A DNA stretch of 64,000 bases from NCBI RefSeq assembly GCF_963921235.1, contig NC_086108.1:114516001-114580000 (forward strand). Direction: 5' to 3'. The position numbers and the translations under genes are program-made. Source of the stretch: Mobula hypostoma (taxonomy: Eukaryota). Below, piece by piece: positions 25,161 to 38,625 of this stretch. Below the pieces are notes generated by a model. The model had not been told where the DNA came from, did not search any database, and was given only the letters and a program-made list of their open reading frames with translations. Each line of letters begins with the position of its first letter. Position 1 is the stretch's first letter.

Positions 25161-25896
25161 CCCCGACACACTCGCCCATGCCCAGCTCAACACACTAACC
25201 CACTGACAAAGCCCCTCCTCAACACACGGTCACACTCAACCATTCGGAGCAGAGCACACCAAGTCACTTACCCAACCCCAGCTCAGCACTGACACTCACC
25301 CATCCCCACCTCAGTCACACAAACACCCTCCCCACCTCAACACCCTGACACACTCACCCAACCCAGCGCAACACCCTGACACACACATCCATCCTGAAAT
25401 CAACACAATGACACACACACCCATCCCCAGCTCACCATACTTTCCACACACCCATCCCCAGCTCAAAACACAGACACACACCCATCCACTATGTATCGCA
25501 CTGACACACTCACCCGTCACAGCTCAAAACACTGACACACTCACCCAACCCTAGCTCACACTGTCCACTCACCGATCCCAAGCTCCACACACTAACCCAC
25601 TCACGCAACCCTAGCTTAACAAACTGACACACTCACAGAACCACAGCTCAACACACGGACACACTCACCCATCCCCAGCTCAAAACATTGAACACTCACC
25701 CATCCACAGCTGAACACAATAACCCACTCATCTGAACCCAGCTCAACACATTCACCCATCCCCAGCTCAACACACTGACACACTCACACAGCCCGACCTC
25801 AACACACTGACACACTCACCCAACCCCAGCTCACACTGCCATGCGCACTCAACTCCAGTTCAACACACTGACACACACATTCCCAGCTCATCACAC

Positions 25897-28173
25897 TGAC
25901 ACTCACCCAACCCCAGCTCACGGTCACACAAACACCCACTGTCTCAACACACTGACACTCACCCAACCCCAGCTCACGGTCACACAAACACCCACTGTCT
26001 CAACACACTGACACTCACCCAACCCCAGCTCACGGTCACACAAACACCCACTGTCTCAACACACTGACACTCACCCAACCCCAGCTCACGGTCACACAAA
26101 CACCCACTGTCTCAACACACTGTCCACACACCCAACCCCAGCTCACGGTCACACAAACACCCACTGTCTCATCACACTGACACTCACCCAACCCCAGCTC
26201 ACGGTCACACAAACACCCACTGTCTCAACACACTGACACTCACCCAACCCCAGCTCACGGTCACACAAACACCCACTGTCTCAACACACTGACACTCACC
26301 CAACCCCAGCTCACGGTCACACAAACACCCACTGTCTCAACACACTGACACTCACCCAACCCCAGCTCACGGTCACACAAACACCCACTGTCTCAACACA
26401 CTGTCCACACACCCAACCCCAGCTCACGGTCACACAAACACCCACTGTCTCAACACACTGTCCACACACCCAACCCCAGCTCACGGTCACACAAACACCC
26501 ACTGTCTCAACACACTGACACTCACCCAACCCCAGCTCACGGTCACACAAACACCCACTGTCTCAACACACTGTCCACACACCCAACCCCAGCTCACGGT
26601 CACACAAACACCCACTGTCTCAACACACTGACACTCACCCAACCCCAGCTCACGGTCACACAAACACCCACTGTCTCAACACACTGACACTCACCCAACC
26701 CCAGCTCACGGTCACACAAACACCCACTGTCTCAACACACTGACACTCACCCAACCCCAGCTCACGGTCACACAAACACCCACTGTCTCAACACACTGAC
26801 ACTCACCCAACCCCAGCTCACGGTCACACAAACACCCACTGTCTCAACACACTGACACTCACCCAACCCCAGCTCACGGTCACACAAACACCCACTGTCT
26901 CAACACACTGTCCACACACCCAACCCCAGCTCACGGTCACACAAACACCCACTGTCTCAACACACTGACACTCACCCAACCCCAGCTCACGGTCACACAA
27001 ACACCCACTGTCTCAACACACTGACACTCACCCAACCCCAGCTCACGGTCACACAAACACCCACTGTCTCAACACACTGACACTCACCCAACCCCAGCTC
27101 ACGGTCACACAAACACCCACTGTCTCAACACACTGACACTCACCCAACCCCAGCTCACGGTCACACAAACACCCACTGTCTCAACACACTGTCCACACAC
27201 CCAACCCCAGCTCACGGTCACACAAACACCCACTGTCTCAACACACTGTCCACACACCCAACCCCAGCTCACGGTCACACAAACACCCACTGTCTCAACA
27301 CACTGACACTCACCCAACCCCAGCTCACGGTCACACAAACACCCACTGTCTCAACACACTGTCCACACACCCAACCCCAGCTCACGGTCACACAAACACC
27401 CACTGTCTCAACACACTGTCCACACACCCAACCCCAGCTCACGGTCACACAAACACCCACTGTCTCAACACACTGACACTCACCCAACCCCAGCTCACGG
27501 TCACACAAACACCCACTGTCTCAACACACTGACACTCACCCAACCCCAGCTCACGGTCACACAAACACCCACTGTCTCAACACACTGACACTCACCCAAC
27601 CCCAGCTCACGGTCACACAAACACCCACTGTCTCAACACACTGACACTCACCCAACCCCAGCTCACGGTCACACAAACACCCACTGTCTCAACACACTGT
27701 CCACACACCCAACCCCAGCTCACGGTCACACAAACACCCACTGTCTCAACACACTGACACTCACCCAACCCCAGCTCACGGTCACACAAACACCCACTGT
27801 CTCAACACACTGACACTCACCCAACCCCAGCTCACGGTCACACAAACACCCACTGTCTCAACACACTGACACTCACCCAACCCCAGCTCACGGTCACACA
27901 AACACCCACTGTCTCAACACACTGACACTCACCCAACCCCAGCTCACGGTCACACAAACACCCACTGTCTCAACACACTGTCCACACACCCAACCCCAGC
28001 TCACGGTCACACAAACACCCACTGTCTCAACACACTGTCCACACACCCAACCCCAGCTCACGGTCACACAAACACCCACTGTCTCAACACACTGACACTC
28101 ACCCAACCCCAGCTCACGGTCACACAAACACCCACTGTCTCAACACACTGTCCACACACCCAACCCCAGCTCA
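25897..28173. repeat. Homogeneous 56/57-bp sub-array (~40 copies), a dimer of diverged monomers
   Basis: Unit CTCACGGTCACACAAACACCCACTGTCTCAACACACTG(ACACTC|TCCACAC)ACCCAACCCCAG, essentially two variants. Confidence 0.95.
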
Positions 28174-31100
28174 CCACACTTTCCACACCCATCCCCAGCT
28201 CAAAACACTGACACACACCCACCCACTGTTCACCATACTGACACACCTCACACTGATACTCATCCATCCGCAGCTCAACACGCTAACCCATTTACACAAC
28301 CCAGCTCAATACATTGACACACACTAACCCACTCACCCAACCCCATCTCAACGCACTGACCCATTCACCCAACCACAGCTCACACTCACACACTCATCCA
28401 CCCCCAGCTCAACACAATGACACACACACCTCCTGAGCTCATCACACTGACACACTCACGCACCCGCAGCACAATACACTGACACACACAGCCATCCCCA
28501 TCTCACACTGACACTCTCACCCAACTCAAAACATTGACAACTCACCCATACACAGTTGAACACACCAACCCACTCAACCAAACCCAGCTCACCACTCACC
28601 CACTCATCCAAACCGAGCACAACATACTGACCCACTCACCCAACCCCAGCTCACAGTGACACACACAGCCAACCCCAACTCAACACAATGACACACTCAC
28701 CCATCCGCAGCTCAACACGCTAACCCATTCACACAACCCCAGCTCAATACACTGACACACTCACCCAACCCCAGCTCAACACACTGACACACTCACCCAA
28801 CCCCAGCTCAACATACTAACCCATTCACACATCCCCAGCTCAATACACTGACACACTCACCCAACCCCAGCTCAACACACTGACACACTCACCCAACCCC
28901 AGCTCAACGCACTGACACTCACCCAAACCCAGCTCAACACGCTAACCCATTCACACAACCCCAGCTCAATACACTGACACACTCACCCAACCCCAGCTCA
29001 ATACACTGACACACTCACCCAACTCCAGCTCAACATACTCACCCATTCACACATCCCCAGCTCAATACACTGACACACTCACCCAACCCCAGCTCAACAC
29101 ACTGACACACTCACCCAACCCCAGCTCAACGCACTGACACTCACCCAAACCCAGCTCAACACGCTAACCCATTCACACAACCCCAGCTCAATACACTGAC
29201 ACACTCACCCAACCCCAGCTCAACATACTGACACACTCACCCAACCCTAGCTCAACACACTGACACACTCACCCAAACCCAGCTCAGCACATTGACACAC
29301 TCACCCAACCCCAGCTCAACACACTGACACACTCACCCAACCCCAGCTCAACGCACTGACACTCACCCAAACCCAGCTCAACACGCTAACCCATTCACAC
29401 AACCCCAGCTCAATACACTGACACACTCACCCAACCCCAGCTCAACATACTGACACACTCACCCAACCCTAGCTCAACACACTGACACACTCACCCAAAC
29501 CCAGCTCAGCACATTGACACACTCACCCAACCCCAGCTCAACATACTGACACACTCACCCAACCCCAGCTCAACACACTGACACACTCACCCATCACAGG
29601 CTCCACACACTGACACACTCACGCAAACCTAGCTCAACACGTTAACCCATGAACCCATCCCCAGCTCAAAACACTGACACACTCACCCATCCCAGCTGAA
29701 CACACTGACACACTCACCCATCCTGAGCTCAACACTCTCAAACACATGGTCAACACACTGACACATTCACCCAACCCCAGCTCAACACAATGACACAATC
29801 ACTTGACCCCAGCTCAACACACCGACACAATCACCTGACCCCAGCTCAACACACTGACACACTCACCCAATCCCAGCTCAGCACACTGACACACTCACCC
29901 GACCCCAGCTCAACACAATGACACACTCACCCGACCCGAGCTCAACACACTGACACACTCACCCATTTTCAACTCAGACTAACACACACACACCCATCCC
30001 CATCTCAACACACTGACACACTCACCCAAGCCCAGCTTAACACACTGACATACTCACCCAACCCCAGCTCAACACACTGACATACTCACCCAACCCCAGC
30101 TCAACACACTGACACACTCACCCATCCCCAGCTCAACACACTGACATACTCACCCAACCCCAGCTCAACACACTGACATACTCACCCAACCCCAGCTCAA
30201 CACACTCTCACCCAACCCCAGCTCAACACAATGACACACTCACCCGATCCCAGCTCAGCACACTGACACACTCACCCGACCCCAGCTCAACACAATGACA
30301 CAATCACCTGACCCCAGCTCAACACAATGACACACTCACCCATTTTCAACTCAGATTAACACACACACACTCATCCCCATCTCAACACACTGACACACTC
30401 ACCCGAGCCCAGCTCAACACACTGACACACTCACCCATTCTCAACTCAGACTAACACACACACACCCATCCCCATCTCAACACACTGACACACTCACCCA
30501 AGCCCAGCTCAACACACTGACACACTCACCCAACCCGAGCTCAACACACTGACACACTCACCCAACCCGAGCTCAACACACTGACATACTAACACAGCCC
30601 CACCTCAACACACTATCACACTCACCAATCCCAAGCCCAACACACTAACCCACACACCCATCCCCATACTCACACTTACCCAATCCCAGCTGAACACACT
30701 GACACACTCATCCATCCTCAGCTCAAAACACTGAGAGATGCACAAACATACCCAGCACAACATACTGTCACACTCACCCATCCCAAGCTCAACTCAGTGA
30801 CCCACACACACAACCCCAGCACAACACAATCACCCATCCCCACACACTCTCCACTCACCCATCCTCAGCTCAACACACTGACAGATGCAGAAACATCCCC
30901 ATCTCAACACACTGACACACACACCCATGCCCAGTTCGAAACACTGAAACACTCACCCATCCTGAGCTCAGCACAATGACACACTCACCCATCCCCAACT
31001 CACAGCGACACACACACCCATCCCCAGCTCAACGCACTGACACACTCACCCATCCCCAGCTCAACGCACTGACACACTCACCCATCCCCAGCTCAACGCA

Positions 31101-33391
31101 CTGACACACTCACCCATCCCCAGCTCAATGCACTGACACACTCACCCACCCCCAGCTCAACACAATGACGCACTCACCCATCCCCAATTCACAGCAACAC
31201 ACACACCCATCCCCAGCTCAAAAGACTGGGGCAATCACCCATCTGCAGTTCAATACACTGACGCACTCACCAAACCCCAGCTCAACACACTGACGCACTC
31301 ACCCATCCCCAGCTCAATGCACTGACACACTCACCCATCCCCAGCTCAACGCACTGACACACTCACCCATCCCCAGCTCAACACACTGACACACTCACCC
31401 ATCCCCAGCTCAACGCACTGACACACTCACCCATCCCCAGCTCAACACACTGACACACTCACCCATCCCCAGCTCAACGCACTGACACACTCACCCATCC
31501 CCAGCTCAACGCACTGACACACTCACCCATCCCCAGCTCAACGCACTGACACACTCACCCATCCCCAGCTCAATGCACTGACACACTCACCCACCCCCAG
31601 CTCAACACAATGACGCACTCACCCATCCCCAATTCACAGCGACACACACACCCATCCCCAGCTCAAAAGACTGGGGCAATCACCCATCTGCAGTTCAATA
31701 CACTGACGCACTCACCAAACCCCAGCTCAACACACTGACGCACTCACCCATCCCCAGCTCAATGCACTGACACACTCACCCATCCCCAGCTCAACGCACT
31801 GACACACTCACCCATCCCCAGCTCAACACACTGACACACTCACCCATCCCCAGCTCAACGCACTGACACACTCACCCATCCCCAGCTCAACGCACTGACA
31901 CACTCACCCATCCCCAGCTCAATGCACTGACACACTCACCCATCCCCAGCTCAATGCACTGACACACTCACCCACCCCCAGCTCAACACAATGACGCACT
32001 CACCCATCCCCAACTCACAGCGACACACACCCATCCCCAGCTCAAAAGACTGGGGCAATCACCCATCTGCAGTTCAATACACTAACGCACTCACCAAACC
32101 CCAGCTCAACACACTGACGCACTCACCCATCCCCAGCTCAATGCACTGACACACTCACCCATCCCCAGCTCAACGCACTGACACACTCACCCATCCCCAG
32201 CTCAACACACTGACACACTCACCCATCCCCAGCTCAACGCACTGACACACTCACCCATCCCCAGCTCAACGCACTGACACACTCACCCATCCCCAGCTCA
32301 ACACACTGACACACTCACCCATCCCCAGCTCAATGCACTGACACACTCACCCATCCCCAGCTCAACACAATGACGCACTCACCCATCCCCAACTCACAGC
32401 GACACACACACCCATCCCCAGCTCAAAAGACTGGGGCAATCACCCATCTGCAGTTCAATACACTAACGCACTCACCAAACCCCAGCTCAACACACTGACG
32501 CACTCACCCATCCCCAGCTCAATGCACTGACACACTCACCCATCCCCAGCTCAACGCACTGACACACTCACCCATCCCCAGCTCAACGCACTGACACACT
32601 CACCCATCCCCAGCTCAACACACTGACACACTCACCCATCCCCAGCTCAACACAATGACGCACTCACCCATCCCCAACTCACAGCGACACACACACCCAT
32701 CCCCAGCTCAAAAGACTGGGGCAATCACCCATCTGCAGTTCAATACACTGACGCACTCACCAAACCCCAGCTCAACACACTGACGCACTCACCCATCCCC
32801 AGCTCAACACACTGACACACTCACCCATCCCCAGCTCAATGCACTGACACACTCACCCATTCTCAACTCAGACTAACACACACACACCCATCCCCATCTC
32901 AACACACTGACACACTCACCCGAGCCCAGCTCAACACACTGACACACTCACCCATTCTCAACTCAGACTAACACACACACACCCATCCCCATCTCAACAC
33001 ACTGACACACTCACCCATTCTCAACTCAGACTAACACACACACCCATCCCCATCTCAACACACTGACACACTCACCCAACCCCAGCTCAACACACTGACA
33101 CACTCACCCATTCTCAACTCAGACTAACACACACACACCCATCCCCATCTTAACACACTGACACACTCACCCAAGCCCAGCTCAACACACTGACACACTC
33201 ACCCAAGCCCAGCTCAACACACTGACACACTCACCCAACCCGAGCTCAACACACTGACACACTCACTCAAGCCCAGTTCAATGCACTGACACACTCACCC
33301 ATCCCCAGTTCAACACACTGACATACTCACCCATTCTCAACTCAGACTAACACACACACACCCATCCGCATCTCAACACACTGACACACAC

Positions 33392-34317
33392 TGTCACAAT
33401 GGGGTGCTGGGAACAGACCCAAATGCGAGACACAGACACTGGAGTACAAGGAACAGGACTTGACTAGAGTAGGGACGTGACAGGATACAAAAAAGGAGCA
33501 GGGACAAGAACGCAGACTTGGGCTAGGGAAAGTGGGACCAGGACTAGAAACCATGGACTCCGAGCCCGAGACTGTACAAGGGCCCAGAATCTGGGTCTTG
33601 CCTCGGGCTTGGACCCCAGAACCAGGCAGGGACAGGACGTGTCTGGGGAGTTGGCTCTTGAGCTTGGAGGTAGGCCAGGGTCTTCAGGCTTGGATTCTTG
33701 GAGCTTGGTTTTGGATCTTTGAGGCTAGTGTTCTTGGTGGAACTCCTGGGCAGGGCGTGGAACTCCTCCCCTTGGAGGCAAGGACAGGAAGGGACAGACC
33801 CAACCACAGGATAACGGCAAACAGCCTGCTTACCCGACAGAGGCAAAGGACAGGAAGGGACAGAAAGGGACAGAACCAACCACAGGGTAACAGCAATAAG
33901 CCTGGCTTACCCAACAGAGGCAAGGACAGGAAAGGAGCTCAATCCAGCTTGACTCTGAGTCTCAGGGCAGCCAGCAACCTTGGCTGGCTACAGAAACAGC
34001 CAAATCCATACCACAATAACTGCTTCAACAAGTGGCAACAAGGCTCTATGAAGCAGTGGTCCTCCAACCAGGCCTAGAGATCACAAGTGGTTTCACTAGC
34101 CTTCCATCAGTAGGTTGCTCCAAGGGGGACTGACAAGACAAACCAGCCACTCACACTCAACCCCAAGGCTACTTATATTCCAAACCTCAAGATAGGAATC
34201 AGGTGCCTATGATTAACTCAACCAAACAAGGGACAGCGGGGAGACCCGGAGTCCTGAGTCCATGGACCGGACCGTGAACCGGAATGCGGACTTCACGGAC
34301 CGGACCGGACCATGATA
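33392..34317 (-). mobile_element. Solo LTR-like element inserted in the satellite
   Basis: Termini TGTCAC...CATGATA (degenerate TG..CA inverted ends), internal short repeats (ggcaaggacaggaagggacag), no TE ORF. Followed by (CA)n at 34321-34374. Confidence 0.55.
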
Positions 34318-34319
34318 TA

Positions 34320-34376
<57 letters not shown>

Positions 34377-34949
34377 ATCCACTGTTCATCACACTGACAC
34401 ACTCAACCATCACCAACTCAACACACTGACACACTCACCCATCCCGAGCTCAACACGCTAACCCATAACCCATTCACACAACCCCAGCTCAACACACTGA
34501 CACACTTACACAGCCACACCTCAACACACTGTCACTCTCACCCATCCCACGCTCAACACACCAACCCACTCACCCAAACCCAGCGCAACAAACACTCACA
34601 CATCCCCACTCAACACACTGACAGACGGACTCACATCCCCAGCTCAACACACTGACACACTCACCCATCCCCCGTTCGAAACACTGAAACACTCACATCC
34701 CGAGCACAGCGCAATGACACATTCATCCATCCCCAACTCAACAGTGACACACACACCCATCCCCAGGTCAAAAGACTAACACAATCACCCATCCCCAGCT
34801 CAACACAGTGACCCATGGACCCAACCCCAGCTCAACACACTTACACACTCATCCATTCCCAGCTCAAAACACTAACCCAGTCACCTGACCCCAGCTCAAC
34901 ACACTGACACACTCACTCAGCCTCAGCTCAACACACTGACACACTCAGC

Positions 34950-36460
34950 TTTAGAACATTTTCTAATGTTCTATAGATTCAGGATCAGTTCCTGTGGATT
35001 GGAGGGTGGCTAATATTGTCCCTCTCTTCAAGAAGGGAGGAAGAGAGAAAACAGGGAATTATAGACTGGTTAGCCTGATGTCGGTGGTGGGAAAGATGCT
35101 GGAGTCAATTATAAAAGATGAAATTATGACACATCGGGATAGCAGTAACAGGATCGGTCCAAGTCAGCATGGATTTACGAAGGGGAAATCGTGCTTAACT
35201 AACCTTCTGGCTTTTTTTGAGGATGTAGCTATGAAAATGAACAAGGGAGAACCAGTGGATGTAATGTACCTGGACTTTCAGAAAGCCTTTGATAAAGTCC
35301 CACATAGGAGATTAGTGGGCAAAATTAGGGCACATGGTATTGGAGGCAGAGTACTGACATGGATTGAAAATTGGCTGGCCCTGACAGAAAACAAAGAGTA
35401 GCGATTAATGGGTCCCTTTCGGAACGGCAGGCGGTGACCAGCGGGGTACCGCAGGGTTCAGTGCTGGAACCGCAGCTGTTTACAATATATATTAATGATT
35501 TGGATGAGGAAATTAAAAGTAACATTAGCAAATTTACGGATGACACAAAGCTGGGTGGCAGTGTGAAATGTGAGGAGGATGTTATGAGAATGCAGGGTGA
35601 CTTGGACAGGCTGGGTGAGTGGGCGGATGCAGTTTAATGTGGATAAATGTGAGGTTATACACTTTGGTGGTAAGAACGGGAAGGCAGATTATTATCTAAA
35701 TGGAGTCAAATTAGGAAAAGGGGAAGAACAACGAGATTTAGGTGTTCTTGTACATCAGTCACTGAAAGCAAGCATGCAAGTACAGCAGGCAGTGAAGAAA
35801 GCTAAAGGCATGCTGGCCTTCATAACAAGGAGAATTCGGTATAAGAGCAAAGAGGTCCTTCTGCAGCTGTACAGGGCCCTGGTGAGACCACACCTGGAGA
35901 ACTGTGTGCAGTTTTGGTCTCCAAATTTGAGGAAAGACATTCTTGCTTTTGAGAGAGTGCAGCATAGGTTCACAAGGTTAATTCCCGGCATGGCGGGACT
36001 GTCATATGTCGAAAGATTGGAGCGACTGGGCTTGTATACTTTGGAATTTAGAAGGCTGAGAGGGGATCTTATTGAAACATATAAGATTATTAAGGGATTA
36101 GACACGCTGGAGGCAGGAAGTATGTTCCCGTTGATGGGTGAGTCCAGAACCAGAGGCCACAGTTTAAGAATAAGGGATAGGCCATTTAGAACGAAGTTGA
36201 GGAAAAACTTTTTCACCCAGAGAGTGGTGGATATATGGAATGCTCTGCCCCAGAAGGCTGTGGAGGCCAAGTCTCTGGATGCTTTCAAGAAAGAGATGGA
36301 TAGAGCTCTTAAAGATAGCGGAATCAAAGGTTATGGGGATAAGGCAGGAACTGGATACTGATTGTGGATGATCAGCCATGATCACAGTGAATGGCGGTGC
36401 TGGCTCAAAGGGCCGAATGGCCTACTCCTGCACCTATTGTCTATTGTCTATTATCTATTG
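34950..36460 (+). mobile_element. Young 5'-truncated CR1 LINE inserted in the satellite
   Basis: ORFs 34994-35401 (YLDFQKAFDKVPHRRL), 35371-35637 and 35597-36361 (254 aa ORF2 C-terminus). (CTATTGT)n tail at 36434-36460. Confidence 0.93.
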
Positions 36461-37899
36461 TCACCTATCCCCAGCTCAACACACTAACCCTCTCACCCAA
36501 CCCCACCTCAACCCACTGACACACTCACCCATCCCACGCTCAACACACTAACCTACTCACATGACCCAGGTCAACACACTAACCCATCCCCACTCAACAC
36601 ACTCTGCACTCACCCATCCCCAGCTCAACACCCTGACACACTCATCCATCCCCAACTCACAGTGACACACACACCCATCCCCAGCTCAACATACTTACAC
36701 ACTTACCCAACCCTAGCTCAATACAATGACCTACTCACCCATCTCCAGCTCAACACACTGACACACTAACACAACTCCAGCTCAACATACTAATACTCCT
36801 GCCTAACCCCAGCTCAACACACTGACACACTCACCCATCCCAAGCTCAACACATTAACCCACACACCCATCCCCAGCTCAACACACTATCACGCTCACCC
36901 ATCCCCAGCTCAACACAATGACACACTCACCCAACCCCAGCTCAACACAAAAACCCACACACCCAATCCCAGCTCAATCCACTGACAAATTCACCCATCC
37001 CCAGCTCAAACCAATAACCCGTTCACCCAACCAAAGCTCAACACACTGACACACTCACCCATCCCCAGCTCAACACAATGACACATTCACCCAACCCCAG
37101 CTCAACACAAAAACCCACTCACACAACCCCAGCTCAACACATTAACACAATCACTGGAACCCAGGGCAACACACTAACCCACACACAACCCCAGCTCAAC
37201 ACGATAACTCATCCCCACTCAACATACTCTCGACTCTCCCATCCCTAGCTCAACACACTGACTCACGCATGCCCATCCTCAACTCAACGCACTGTCACAC
37301 TCACTCATTCCAAGCTGAACACACTGACACATTCACCCATTCACCCATCCCCAGCTCAACGCACTGACACACTAACACAACCCCAGCTCAAAACTCTGAC
37401 CCACTCACCCAACCCCAGCTCAATACATTGACACACTCACCCATCCCCAGCTCAAAACACTATCCCATTCACCCAACCACAGCTCAACATACTGACATAC
37501 TCATCCATCCCCAGCTCAACACACTGACACACTCACCCAATTCCAGCTCAACATGCTGACACATTAACACAACCCCAGCTCAAAACACTGATACACACAC
37601 ACCCATGCCCAGCTCCACACACTGACACACTCACCCAACCCCAGCTCCGCACACTTCTGGCCCCGAAATTAGTGAGGAAGTGAAATGTCATACATGAGAC
37701 CCTGATGAGAAGCTCTATTGCTGCTGGACTAGGGGGCCTGAGTTACAGGGAGAGGTTGGACCAATGTTACAACGGTGGTGAGCAGTGAATGCGCATTTCA
37801 GACCTTGAACTGGATGGTCAACTGCAGCAGAAGACCGCCTTCATACATTCAGTAGCCACTTTATTAGGTGCTAATAAAATGACCACTGAGTGCTTCTGA

Positions 37900-38230
37900 C
37901 TCCACCACCACCCCGGCAGTGTGTTCCACTGTCCCTCCACTCACTGTGATTTAAAAAAAACTACCTCTGATATCACCCCCCCCATACTTTCCTCCAATAC
38001 CTTAAAGTTATACCCCTTGTATTAGCCAAAGTCTCTAGCTGTCCACTTGATCTCTGCATTTATCATCCTGACACCTCTGTCAGGTCACCTCTCAAGCTCC
38101 TTTGTTCCAAAGAGAAAAGCCTGAGCTCACTCAACCTATCCTCATAAAACATGCTCTCTAATCCAGGCAGCATTCTGGTAAATCTCTTCTGCACCCTCTC
38201 CACATCTTTCCTATAGTGAGGTGACCAGAA
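37900..38230 (-). mobile_element. Degraded CR1 3' fragment
   Basis: caggtcacctctc (RGDL) and ctggtaaatctcttctgcaccctctc (ERVQKRFTR). Confidence 0.7.
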
Positions 38231-38239
38231 CTATTTCTA

Positions 38240-38625
38240 TGACCAGAACATTCCCCATTCCCATTTTCCTCTCTCTCCTTAACTCTTCACCTGCCCATCA
38301 CCTCCCTCTGATGCTCCTGCCCTTCCCCATTCTTCCAAGGTCTTCTTCCCTCCTGTATCAGATTCAGATTCCCCCTTTTCTTTCACCAATCAATGTTCCT
38401 GCTCGTTAATTCAGCCCCTCTCCCGTGTCAGTTTCACCTATCGCCCGCCCTTGTGTTTCCTCCTCTCCCACCACCTTCTTGCCCTGACTTCTTGTCCTTT
38501 TTTTCCAGTCCAGATGAAGGGTCTCGCCTATATTCTTTTCCTTAGAAGCTGCCTGACCTGCTGAGTTCCTCCAGGATTTTGTGTGTGCTGCTTTGGATTT
38601 CCAGCATCAGCAGATTTTCCTGTTT
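38240..38625 (+). mobile_element. Old Penelope 3' UTR module with decayed hammerhead motif
   Basis: Pyrimidine-rich UTR, then agtccagatgaagggtctcg and gctgcctgacctgctgagttcctccag. Confidence 0.65.

Larger units (their letters stand above)
25160..37660. repeat. Large C/A-rich satellite array, ~32-bp monomer ACACACTGACACACTCACCCA(A/T)CCCCAGCTCA, with two TE insertions
   Basis: Tandem periodicity is directly visible (e.g. units start at 31381 and 31413). Degenerate at both edges, homogeneous in the middle. Confidence 0.97.

Noticed and set aside
33477..34077. Cluster of ORFs up to 181 aa
   Set aside because: Inside an LTR-like repeat with internal tandem duplications and no recognisable domain.
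25160..37660. CRISPR-like appearance of ~32-bp repeats
   Set aside because: Units are head to tail with no unique spacers, there are no cas genes, and the context is vertebrate.
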